From: Octopus bimaculoides
Taxonomy: Eukaryota
NCBI RefSeq assembly: GCF_001194135.2
Contig: NC_068988.1
Location: 83,844,288 to 83,883,132 of the forward strand
Reading direction: 5' to 3'
DNA: 38,845 nt
Below are positions 1-10,124 of this stretch, in pieces; positions within the stretch are counted from its first letter, which is position 1, and each line of letters starts with the position of its first letter. The translations under genes were made by a program, and so were the position numbers. The notes beneath the pieces were generated by a model that was not told the origin of the DNA, made no database searches, and saw only the letters and a list, made by a program, of their open reading frames with translations.

Positions 1-635
1 TGACCCTCTCTGTAACTTTCATAACCTGATCTAACAGCTTGATGCCTCTGTAATTATTTGTATCTAAAGCGTCACCTTTACCTTTGTAGCAGTTGACTAT
101 GATGCTGCTACACCAGTCATTGGGTATGACTCCTTCGTGTATCACCTGGTTCGTAATACGGGTGACTAGGCTATAGCCAACACTGCCAGATATTTTGAGC
201 ATCTCTGCAGTGATTCCTGATGGGCCGGGGGCTTTCCCGGTCTTCATACTCTTAATTGCTTTATCTACCCTGGTACTATCAACTCGGATAGCTGGTCCCT
301 CTATTGGGTCGACATACAGCAGGCTCTCTTCTTCTCATTCATTCTCTACAGCTGGATGCCCTTCCCTGCTACCACCGTTCTTCCAGTCCTTCCAAGCCTG
401 TTTCTTTTGTCTAATAGCCCTGTCTAGCTCCTTGTTCCACCACCACGTTACTCTGGGTCGGGAGGGGACCTTACACCACCCACAAATCTGGTCGGTGGCT
501 TTCAACAGGTTGTCCCGCAGAAATCTCCAATTGTCTTTCATGTTGTATGATGCTATATCCCCTTCTATTTCGTTAAATGCTTCAAGTAACTTGTCTCTAA
601 GTCTCTGTCCATTTGCAGGGTCTTTAAGCTTCCAC
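1..635 (-). mobile_element. RTE-clade LINE ORF2 fragment (post-endonuclease linker plus RT N-terminus), internally deleted
   Basis: The minus strand reads WKLKDPANGQRLRDKLLEAF...KATDQICGWCKVPSRPRVTWWWNKELDRAIRQKKQAWKDWKNGGSRE, then ...KAIKSMKTGKAPGPSGITAEMLK...IPNDWCSSIIVNCYKGKGDALDTNNYRGIKLLDQVMKVTERV. The WWN, KAPGP and NYRGIxLL motifs are typical of RTE reverse transcriptases. Confidence 0.9.
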
Positions 636-1791
636 NNNNNNNNNNNNNNNNNNNNNNNNNNNNNNNNNNNNNNNNNNNNNNNNNNNNNNNNNNNNNNNNN
701 NNNNNNNNNNNNNNNNNNNNNNNNNNNNNNNNNNNNNNNNNNNNNNNNNNNNNNNNNNNNNNNNNNNNNNNNNNNNNNNNNNNNNNNNNNNNNNNNNNNN
801 NNNNNNNNNNNNNNNNNNNNNNNNNNNNNNNNNNNNNNNNNNNNNNNNNNNNNNNNNNNNNNNNNNNNNNNNNNNNNNNNNNNNNNNNNNNNNNNNNNNN
901 NNNNNNNNNNNNNNNNNNNNNNNNNNNNNNNNNNNNNNNNNNNNNNNNNNNNNNNNNNNNNNNNNNNNNNNNNNNNNNNNNNNNNNNNNNNNNNNNNNNN
1001 NNNNNNNNNNNNNNNNNNNNNNNNNNNNNNNNNNNNNNNNNNNNNNNNNNNNNNNNNNNNNNNNNNNNNNNNNNNNNNNNNNNNNNNNNNNNNNNNNNNN
1101 NNNNNNNNNNNNNNNNNNNNNNNNNNNNNNNNNNNNNNNNNNNNNNNNNNNNNNNNNNNNNNNNNNNNNNNNNNNNNNNNNNNNNNNNNNNNNNNNNNNN
1201 NNNNNNNNNNNNNNNNNNNNNNNNNNNNNNNNNNNNNNNNNNNNNNNNNNNNNNNNNNNNNNNNNNNNNNNNNNNNNNNNNNNNNNNNNNNNNNNNNNNN
1301 NNNNNNNNNNNNNNNNNNNNNNNNNNNNNNNNNNNNNNNNNNNNNNNNNNNNNNNNNNNNNNNNNNNNNNNNNNNNNNNNNNNNNNNNNNNNNNNNNNNN
1401 NNNNNNNNNNNNNNNNNNNNNNNNNNNNNNNNNNNNNNNNNNNNNNNNNNNNNNNNNNNNNNNNNNNNNNNNNNNNNNNNNNNNNNNNNNNNNNNNNNNN
1501 NNNNNNNNNNNNNNNNNNNNNNNNNNNNNNNNNNNNNNNNNNNNNNNNNNNNNNNCCATCAGCCAGGAGATAGGCCTCTTAATCGTAGATTTTAAATATT
1601 TGAGAGACAACAATACATAAATCGTAATTTTTAAAAGAGCAATGAAACCTAGGTGAATAGAATATATAAGTGGCATGAATTTAGGAAGCTTAGAAAATGA
1701 ATAAGTATGGGTGGAGATGGAGTATATGTAATCTGAGTATACCACCCCCTTTTAAATTTTGTTTTTATATATATATACACACAAACATATA

Positions 1792-2594
1792 CACTGGGCT
1801 TTGCAAAAGTTCTGTTACACTTGTTACAACACTCCCAACAAAGGACACAATGATAGTTTTGATGCAGTTAGATATGTTTTTATTGCTTTAACATATAAAT
1901 ATGTGTTCAGTATTAATATCAATCAATGTGGCTGCTCTCGGTGATGAGTATGTACTCCAGGTGAGACCTGAAGGCTGTGCACACGTTGCAGATGAAGTCC
2001 TTCCTTATGCTAGCCCAGATGCGGTTGATTAAGAACTATAGTTTGTTGACGTTGGTGTGGCAGACCTTGCAGGCCTTGCCCTCGACATGCATTCATATGC
2101 TGTAGTCAATGGGGTTGAGGCTGGCAGATTGCAGTGGCCGAAAGTCCTTCACCCAGTTTATGTCCAACCCCAACCACTCTTGCATGGCCTTAGCTATGTG
2201 GGCTGGGGTACTGTCCAGCTGAGAGATGTAGTCCACCTTCATCGTGATCTTTCTCACTTTCGAAGGCCTTTCTCACTGCCAAATGACTGACAACTTAAAG
2301 TCTGCCTGATTGTGGTTGATCTTTGAGGTTTTTCCCATTCTTGTGTCTCTCCATGACTCTGTTGACAGTTATCCACTTGGCAATGTTGGACTTGTGACCC
2401 ATGCACAAGAGAGCAGAGACCTCGATTCTTTTTGCTTCCATCTTGATACACTTGCACACAATGGAAAAGACGTTTTAATGACATGTGCTGGAAAAGTAGA
2501 ATTTTAAGTATGTTTGCTGGCACTTTTTTTTATCACACACATAAACCTCTCAAAAGATCAAAACCAAGTGTAACAGGACTTTTGCAAAGCCTGG
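1792..2594 (-). mobile_element. Internally deleted Tc1/mariner-superfamily (DD37D/maT-like) DNA transposon
   Basis: TIRs GCTTTGCAAAAGT(T/C)CTGTTACACTTG at 1798-1823 and 2565-2590 (25/26 match), with TA at both ends. The N-terminus MEAKRIEVSALL...LKDQPQSGRL starts at 2441. The C-terminus QLDSTPAH...SLNPIDYSI*MHVEGKAC...HID* ends at 1919. The middle of the transposase is missing. Confidence 0.85.
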
Positions 2595-2756
2595 TAATAT
2601 ATGTGTGTATGTATATATATATATATATAATGTTGAGGAGGAATGAAACTACACTTCAAGTACTGTTCTCTCTTTTTTCAGCACATCACACTCTTTACCA
2701 CTTCATACTAAAAATATCCGCCTATGGATATAATAATAGATTACTTTATTTTTTCT

Positions 2757-2805
2757 GTCTCCGATGAAGGGAAGTACTGGATCTTCCCAGAAACAGCTGT
2801 AAGAC
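2757..2805 (+). ncRNA. Minimal type-I hammerhead ribozyme-like motif (one core substitution), probable Penelope-like pLTR remnant
   Basis: GTCT-CCGATGA-A-GGGAAG(tactggat)CTTCCC-A-GAAACAGCTGT-A-AGAC. Helix I is GTCT/AGAC, helix II is 6 bp, helix III is the palindrome ACAGCTGT, and the cleavage triplet is GUA. The core reads CCGA instead of CUGA. Confidence 0.6.
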
Positions 2806-2877
2806 TCTATCCATAAAATACTTCTTCAACCTTACCTTTGCTCTCTTTATCTTTTTGTTTTTATATATTTACATATA

Positions 2878-3011
2878 CCTTTGGAAATGTGCTGTGCGTG
2901 AGAAGACCCGGCAAGCCAAGTGAGATCGTTGCCAGTGCCCCTGGACTGGCTCTTGTGCGGGTGGCACATAAGATGTACCATCCTGAGCGTGACCGTTGCC
3001 AGTACCGCCTG
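2878..3011 (+). mobile_element. RTE LINE 3' end (ORF C-terminus plus start of repeat-containing 3' UTR), cut by gap
   Basis: cctttggaaatgtgctgtgcgtgagaagacccggcaagccaagtgag matches 6430-6476 and is followed by the same ~65-bp units. Confidence 0.85.
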
Positions 3012-3722
3012 NNNNNNNNNNNNNNNNNNNNNNNNNNNNNNNNNNNNNNNNNNNNNNNNNNNNNNNNNNNNNNNNNNNNNNNNNNNNNNNNNNNNNNNNN
3101 NNNNNNNNNNNNNNNNNNNNNNNNNNNNNNNNNNNNNNNNNNNNNNNNNNNNNNNNNNNNNNNNNNNNNNNNNNNNNNNNNNNNNNNNNNNNNNNNNNNN
3201 NNNNNNNNNNNNNNNNNNNNNNNNNNNNNNNNNNNNNNNNNNNNNNNNNNNNNNNNNNNNNNNNNNNNNNNNNNNNNNNNNNNNNNNNNNNNNNNNNNNN
3301 NNNNNNNNNNNNNNNNNNNNNNNNNNNNNNNNNNNNNNNNNNNNNNNNNNNNNNNNNNNNNNNNNNNNNNNNNNNNNNNNNNNNNNNNNNNNNNNNNNNN
3401 NNNNNNNNNNNNNNNNNNNNNNNNNNNNNNNNNNNNNNNNNNNNNNNNNNNNNNNNNNNNNNNNNNNNNNNNNNNNNNNNNNNNNNNNNNNNNNNNNNNN
3501 NNNNNNNNNNNNNNNNNNNNNNNNNNNNNNNNNNNNNNNNNNNNNNNNNNNNNNNNNNNNNNNNNNNNNNNNNNNNNNNNNNNNNNNNNNNNNNNNNNNN
3601 NNNNNNNNNNNNNNNNNNNNNNNNNNNNNNNNNNNNNNNNNNNNNNNNNNNNNNNNNNNNNNNNNNNNNNNNNNNNNNNNNNNNNNNNNNNNNNNNNNNN
3701 NNNNNNNNNNNNNNNNNNNNNN

Positions 3723-4571
3723 CTGACACCAACCCCACATGGATTCCACACACCTCCCACATTCAACTGCCCCGCCTCCACCTACACACCTGCATATTGC
3801 CTACCTTGGTACCGTCACCACACACACACCACTATACAAACATCCATACACACTGTTCAACTCATTGCTCATTTCACACACTATTACACACACACACTCA
3901 CAAACACCTTCCCACTCCACACATACTAGCACGAAATATTTCTCAGCACCCACAACACACACCATTATCCACACACCTACACACAATATTCAATAGCATC
4001 ACCACACATACCATTATATGAGCAGCTCCACACACTGCTTAACTCAGTACACACACCACACACCATCATACACATTCCCACACCCACACAAGCACATAAT
4101 ACCTGAATACAGACAATATATACATGCATATGCAACACGCATAAACACATGCAACACGCAGAGACACAAATAGCTTTCACCCACAAACATACACTATACA
4201 CATGCACACTATTTGGTCACAAACACACACATACACACGTGTACACACCACCCAAACAAGCACACAACAACTGCTACACACAACACACACACATACATGC
4301 ATAAACACAGATAACTTTCACCCACAAACATACACTATACACATGCACACTATTTGGTCACAAACACACACATACACACGTGCACACACCACCTGAACAA
4401 GCACACAACTGCTACACACACACACATTAGCCTCACACATATACACACATCCATACACATGTACACATTCTATAAGCACACACACTCGCCCACACATATG
4501 TACTCACACACTTGCCCCCATTCACACATACACACTCACACACACCGTTCTCACATACATACATGCTCTTG
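3723..4571. repeat. Degenerate CA-rich low-complexity tract with an internal ~141-bp tandem duplication
   Basis: (CA)n/(CACAT)-like composition. The unit starting ctttcacccacaaacatacactatacacatgcacactatttggtcac occurs at 4174 and 4315. Confidence 0.85.
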
Positions 4572-4652
4572 CACACCTTAGTTCACTTACCCTTGCCCTT
4601 ATCCACCTCTGCTGTCGCTTGTCACTCTACCACTATCTTCACNNNNNNNNNN

Positions 4653-4789
4653 GATTTTGCCTTTCATCCTTTCGGGGTCGATTAAATAAGTACCAGTTAT
4701 GTACTGGGGTCGATATAATCGACTTAATCCGTTTGTCTGTCCTTGTTTGTCCCCTCTGTGTGTAGCCCCTTGTGGGCAGTAAAAAATAA
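4653..4789 (+). mobile_element. 3' part of tRNA-derived SINE (family also at 20285, 20930, 24395, 33775, 34233)
   Basis: ttttgcctttcatcctttcggggtcgattaaataagtaccagtt...ctggggtcgat is shared with the other copies, and it ends in an A-rich tail. CpGs are retained, suggesting a young copy. Confidence 0.75.
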
Positions 4790-6305
4790 CACACCTTAGT
4801 TCACTTACCCTTGCCCTTATCCACCTCTGCTGTCGCTTGTCACTCTACCACTATCTTCACCCCAGTTACTCCATATCTACAGCCATACTCTTCAACTCCT
4901 TTTAACAACCCATTCAAGCCTTTCTTCTTTCATTCTTCTGCCTCTTATATCTCTCTTTTGTAAGACTACCCTCTGTAAAAAATACGTATTTAGGGTTGTA
5001 CTACTCTCTATGCTCATGAAATAACTTTGCCCACTCTGCGCTAGCACTACAAGAAAAGGCTTCCTCCTCTACTGCACTTCCTAGAGTGATTGGTTAGCAA
5101 GTAGAGGAAAAATGAAGATAAAAGGTTCTTTTAGCCCAGTCATGCCAAGAACTTCATCTTCCAGTAGTCACCACCTCCTGCCCGCAGATGATTTACCAAC
5201 ACAAAAGAAAAAATATTTCCTTCACTGTCTATAATTAATAACAATTTAACTAGATAATTTCACACAATATGTAGAAGCTCTGCTTAGCTACTATTGATTT
5301 TGTCTTTAATCTTATCAAAAAATATATTTGAATATTAGTGAAGATTGTCCTCTACACATGAACAGCTGTAAGTTTTCACTCTGATAAAAAAAAAAAGAAA
5401 TAGAAAAGGATTTTGGCCTTGTTTTATACATCAATGTTTAATTGGTTCACAGTGAAATATCTATACAAAAACTATATATATATATATATATTGTTGTACT
5501 TGGGGATGGTAATATTGCCAGTTTAGCCAATAAAAACACACGTACTGTATNNNNNNNNNNNNNNNNNNNNNNNNNNNNNNNNNNNNNNNNNNNNNNNNNN
5601 NNNNNNNNNNNNNNNNNNNNNNNNNNNNNNNNNNNNNNNNNNNNNNNNNNNNNNNNNNNNNNNNNNNNNNNNNNNNNNNNNNNNNNNNNNNNNNNNNNNN
5701 NNNNNNNNNNNNNNNNNNNNNNNNNNNNNNNNNNNNNNNNNNNNNNNNNNNNNNNNNNNNNNNNNNNNNNNNNNNNNNNNNNNNNNNNNNNNNNNNNNNN
5801 NNNNNNNNNNNNNNNNNNNNNNNNNNNNNNNNNNNNNNNNNNNNNNNNNNNNNNNNNNNNNNNNNNNNNNNNNNNNNNNNNNNNNNNNNNNNNNNNNNNN
5901 NNNNNNNNNNNNNNNNNNNNNNNNNNNNNNNNNNNNNNNNNNNNNNNNNNNNNNNNNNNNNNNNNNNNNNNNNNNNNNNNNNNNNNNNNNNNNNNNNNNN
6001 NNNNNNNNNNNNNNNNNNNNNNNNNNNNNNNNNNNNNNNNNNNNNNNNNNNNNNNNNNNNNNNNNNNNNNNNNNNNNNNNNNNNNNNNNNNNNNNNNNNN
6101 NNNNNNNNNNNNNNNNNNNNNNNNNNNNNNNNNNNNNNNNNNNNNNNNNNNNNNNNNNNNNNNNNNNNNNNNNNNNNNNNNNNNNNNNNNNNNNNNNNNN
6201 NNNNNNNNNNNNNNNNNNNNNNNNNNNNNNNNNNNNNNNNNNNNNNNNNNNNNNNNNNNNNNNNNNNNNNNNNNNNNNNNNNNNNNNNNNNATATATATA
6301 TATAT

Positions 6306-7094
6306 AGTGTCACACCCTAGCAGTTGAGGGAACCTGTGCAAGAGGTAGACCCAGGAAGACCTGGGATGAGGTGGTGAAGCACACTCTTTGAACATTAGGC
6401 CTCACTGAGGCAATGACTAGTGACCAAGACCTTTGGAAATATGCTGTGCTTGAGAAGACCCAGCAAGCCAAATGAGATCATAACCTGTGACCTATGCCAG
6501 TGGTGTAACCAGCCCACTTATGCATACCTTCCCTTCATTGGACACTAAACTCTGCTTGGAAAAACCTGTTGAGGGAAGTAAAATCGAAATCAAATTTGCT
6601 GGCGTGGCCGATGACAGCACCGCCTGACTGGCATCTGTGCTAGTGGAACGTTAAGAGCACCATCTGAGTATGATCGTTGCCAGGGCCACTGACTGGCTCC
6701 CGTGCCAGTGGCACGTAAAAAGCACCATTTAAGTGTGATCCTTACCAGCATTACCTTACTGCCACTTGTGCTGGTGGCACATGAAAAACAACATTTGAGT
6801 GAGGTCGTTGGCAGTGCCGCTGGACTGGATCCTGTGCAGGTAGCATGTAAAAAACACCATTTGAGCATGCCCGTTGCCAGTACCGCCTGACTAGCCCTCG
6901 TGCTGGTGGCATGTAAAAACACCCACTACACTCTCGGAGTGGTTGGCGTTAGGAAGGGCATCCAGCTGTAGAAACTCTGCCAGATCAGATTGGAGCCTGG
7001 TGCAGCCATCCTCAGTCCTCAGTCGCAAGTCCTCAGTCAAACCGTCCAACCAGCATGGAAAGTGGACGTTAAATGATGATGATGGTGATGATGA

Positions 7095-7098
<4 letters not shown>
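6306..7098 (+). mobile_element. 5'-truncated RTE LINE: ORF C-terminus, 3' UTR with five ~65-bp units, (TGA)n tail
   Basis: CHTLAVEGTCARGRPRKTWDEVVK...KYAVLEKTQQAK* (stop 6473-6475) matches the RTE ORF end at 38740-38845. Diverged units lie at ~6600-6925, then ...ggaagggcatccagctgtagaaac...cggacgttaaa(tga)n. Confidence 0.9.
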
Positions 7099-7152
<54 letters not shown>

Positions 7153-7190
7153 AAAATACATATCAACTCATGTGTTACTTTTCAACCTTC

Positions 7191-7234
<44 letters not shown>

Positions 7235-7373
7235 GCATGCACTACATACCTGTACTCTAGATATAAGAACTCTGAACTGATGCGGCCTACTGCCATGAAG
7301 ATTTTCACAAGAATTTTGTCCATTCAGCATTAGTTTTGACAGGAAAAAATAAAGTCAGATGCTTTTTGAATGC

Positions 7374-7445
7374 ATCTCGTATATATTCCCACATTTATCT
7401 CGTATATATTCCCACATTTATCTCGTATATATTCCCACATTTATC
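7374..7445. repeat. Perfect 23-bp tandem repeat x3
   Basis: (atctcgtatatattcccacattt)3 followed by atc. Confidence 0.95.
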
Positions 7446-8034
7446 ATTCCAAAAATATCTCTTTTAGCAGCTTCAATTTCACATAGCTGAGAAAATTCAA
7501 CAATGTTGATAACTAATTCCCACAGGGTATTGAAATGGATACGAAAACACAAAGTTTAAAGCTATTGAAATCAATTCTGAAAGGGGTTAAATCTAGTTTC
7601 AATGAATTGGGTTAGGCATTTTATGTTATCATTATATTATCATTGTTACCATATTCATTTTGTTGATGCCATTGCTGGCACTGTTATCAACATTATCATC
7701 ATCATTAACATTTCTACTATTATTAACATCACTATCATCATCATTTTAACATCCTTTTATTTGAGTAAGACAGAATTCGGTGAGGTAGGTTTTCTATGTC
7801 CATATACCTTCCTGCTGCCAACTTTCACTACATGTTTCCAAGCAAGATAATATTTCCCCTTAGCTAGACATTTTCCCAAGAAAAATTGGAAATGAAATAC
7901 ACCACGTGTATGATGGTGACACTTGTTTACAACTATCATGTAATGTCAAGACAAGGGGACAAGCAAACGCACACACATGCACGCATGCACACACACACAC
8001 ATACACACATGTGCGTGTGTGTGTGTGCATATAG

Positions 8035-8172
8035 GTGCAGATATGGCTGTGTGGTTAAGAAGTCTGCTTCCCAACCATGTGTGACACTTGTCTTCCATTA
8101 AAGCCCTGTGCCAGCCAAAACCTTGTGAGTGGATTTGGTTGATGGAAATTGAAAGAAGCCCATCGTTATCAT
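8035..8172 (+). mobile_element. tRNA-derived SINE, internally deleted
   Basis: The head tggctgtgtggttaagaag is followed by ccttgtgagtggatttggttgatggaaattgaaagaagccc. A reverse-strand sibling lies at 16172-16320. Confidence 0.65.
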
Positions 8173-8221
8173 CATTATCACCATAATCATCATCATCATC
8201 ATCATCATCATCATTATTTAA

Positions 8222-8335
8222 TCTCATGGGTTGGACAGTTTGAGAGGAGCTGGAAAGTCAGAAGATTGTGCCAAGCTCAACTGTCTATTTTGGCATGATT
8301 GCTAAGGCTGGATGCTCTTCCTAATGTCAACCACT
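8222..8335 (-). mobile_element. Decayed RTE 3'-UTR tail fragment
   Basis: The reverse complement resembles gtggttggcgttaggaagggcatccagc...aaactgtccaacccatg, followed by an (ATG)n-type tail. Confidence 0.6.
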
Positions 8336-8344
8336 TGTATTTGT

Positions 8345-8408
<64 letters not shown>

Positions 8409-8727
8409 ACTTTGTGCATGTGTGTGTAAAGGTATGTATGTGTCTTTGTCTGGATACATTGTGATAGTTGTAAATAAAAAGCAATGTCGTTCATTTCTAA
8501 TATTCTGTGAAAACATTTGTGGCCATAGGGAAATATGACCTTGCTTCTTGAAAACTAGTAAGTGTTGGTGACTGGCCATAGAAGATCTGTTTCACTAAAT
8601 TCCATTCAATCTATGCACTCATTCAAAAATGGACATTACAGTGAGGATGATGGTTTATATATATATATATATATATCGTATTTTAAGAAAATCTGGAGAA
8701 GAAGCACGTTCTAAGAAGTAAAGCAGT

Positions 8728-9165
8728 CTATATTAATTACTGGTGAAGGTTGGTTTATACGGTTACCCTGGGTTTCTCACCATAAAATATTTCAGAACAG
8801 ATTTCATTACAGAGTGTCCTAGCTACATCATGTCTCATCAGTAGATAATACCATGATGACATTTTCAGACAACTGCTTATGATGTGGGTGATATCTTCAG
8901 TGTGAACTCGACAAAGTCTGCACTTTACGCTTAAACTTTATGTCTTTACTTGCATCTCTATGCCTTTATGGCTTATATTCAGACCCTAAGACCTGATGGC
9001 CTATGGCCTCTTTAAAATATGGAGGGGGAAATGATACAGATATAAGCAATGGGGACTATTTCCCTTTGGTGCTGGTCATCGGTTTCCAGCTGAGTCATCC
9101 TCCTTCGGTCATGCCACCTGTCAGCTATGAGGGTAAAAGGTAGGGGATCCCCACCACCGGGGAAG
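8728..9165 (-). mobile_element. Penelope-like pLTR copy, inverted relative to 10490-10738, interrupted by a 172-bp foreign segment
   Basis: The reverse complement aligns (roughly 85% by eye) with 10494-10738, including cccctaccttttaccctcatag and gtcttagggtctgaa...gaaacccagggtaacc...ccttcaccagtaattaata. Confidence 0.75.
8796..8967 (-). mobile_element. 172-bp copy of the R4/Dong-like zinc-knuckle region at 15070-15241
   Basis: 169/172 identical to 15070-15241 by direct comparison, same orientation. Confidence 0.9.
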
Positions 9166-9660
9166 ATAACAATAATAGCAATAATAACATATTGTAACAC
9201 CTTTGGCTACAGTAGTAACATCGACAGTGCTCCCTCCACATCTGGCAATAACATTACCAATGCCACCCCCACCCCCACCTTCACCAACACCACCGCCAAC
9301 AGCTCCAGCAACATCATTGTCTATGACAACACCAGCAAGAACAACAGCAGCAGCAGATCCATCGACCCCCAGCAGCATCATCATCGACAGCACCAGTAAC
9401 AACAACCACAGCAGCAGCAACATTGTCAACAGTGGCAACAGCAGCAGCGACATCAGCAGCAGCAACAACAGCAGCAACATCAACATTGGCTAGTTTAATA
9501 ACACTAACACATGCACCACTGGCAACACCACTGGCAACACACCACTAGTAACACTATCAATGCAACCACCACCAACAGCCCCAGCTCCAACACCACCAGA
9601 ATCAACACCATCAGCAGTACCAACAACAGCAATAGTAGGCACAACACTGACTCCACACAT
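9166..9660. repeat. Degenerate trinucleotide (CAA/CAG/CAC) low-complexity tract
   Basis: All frames give poly-N/T/S/Q or poly-L/V, with no domain motif. Confidence 0.8.
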
Positions 9661-9842
9661 CCAAGGAAATACATTAGATGTGCAGGAACTCCCTCTTTTT
9701 TTCCCTGATGAGATGATTGCATTGTTTTACATTATTTTATTCCTTCTGGAAGAATACCAATGTTTTCTTCGAAACATATGTTGGAAGTATAAAGATTTGA
9801 ATAACACCTGTGTTTAGCTCCATTTTGGACTTCGTAAGATTT

Positions 9843-10122
9843 TCGAGCGAGATTGTTGCCAGTGCCCCTGGATTGGCTCTTGTGCAGGTGGCACATAAAA
9901 TGCACCATTTTGAGCATGGCCGTTGCCAGTACCGCCTGACTGGCCTTCGTGAGGGTGACACGTAAAAGCACCCACTACACTCTCTGAGTGGTTGGCGTTA
10001 GGAAGGGCATCCAGCTGTAGAAACTCTGCCAAATCAGATTGAAGCCTGGTGTTGCCATCCGGTTTCACCAGTCCTCAGTCAAATCGTCCAACCCATGCTA
10101 GCATGGAAAGCGGACGTTAAAC
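9843..10122 (+). mobile_element. RTE 3'-UTR-derived repeat (about two 65-bp units plus terminal module)
   Basis: Near-identical to 6800-7072 (cacccactacactct...ggaagggcatccagctgtagaaactctgcc...cggacgttaaa). Confidence 0.85.
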
Positions 10123-10124
10123 AA

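Noticed and set aside
195-6395. Long ORFs of 250-466 aa in the ORF track (also at 14306-15136, 15643-16255, 25504-26403, 30361-31261)
   Set aside because: They are made almost entirely of X from N-gaps and are not evidence of coding sequence.
6598-6925. Regularly spaced repeats as a possible CRISPR array
   Set aside because: The units are contiguous, diverged tandem repeats without unique spacers, inside a eukaryotic LINE 3' UTR, and no cas genes are present.
7374-7445. 23-bp x3 repeat as a regulatory iteron array
   Set aside because: It is most simply a recent slippage duplication within AT-rich repeat sequence, with no supporting context.
9121-9817. Overlapping Asn/Thr/Ser/Pro-rich and Leu/Val-rich ORFs resembling mucins or signal peptides
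   Set aside because: They are by-products of a degenerate trinucleotide tract that is open in several frames on both strands.
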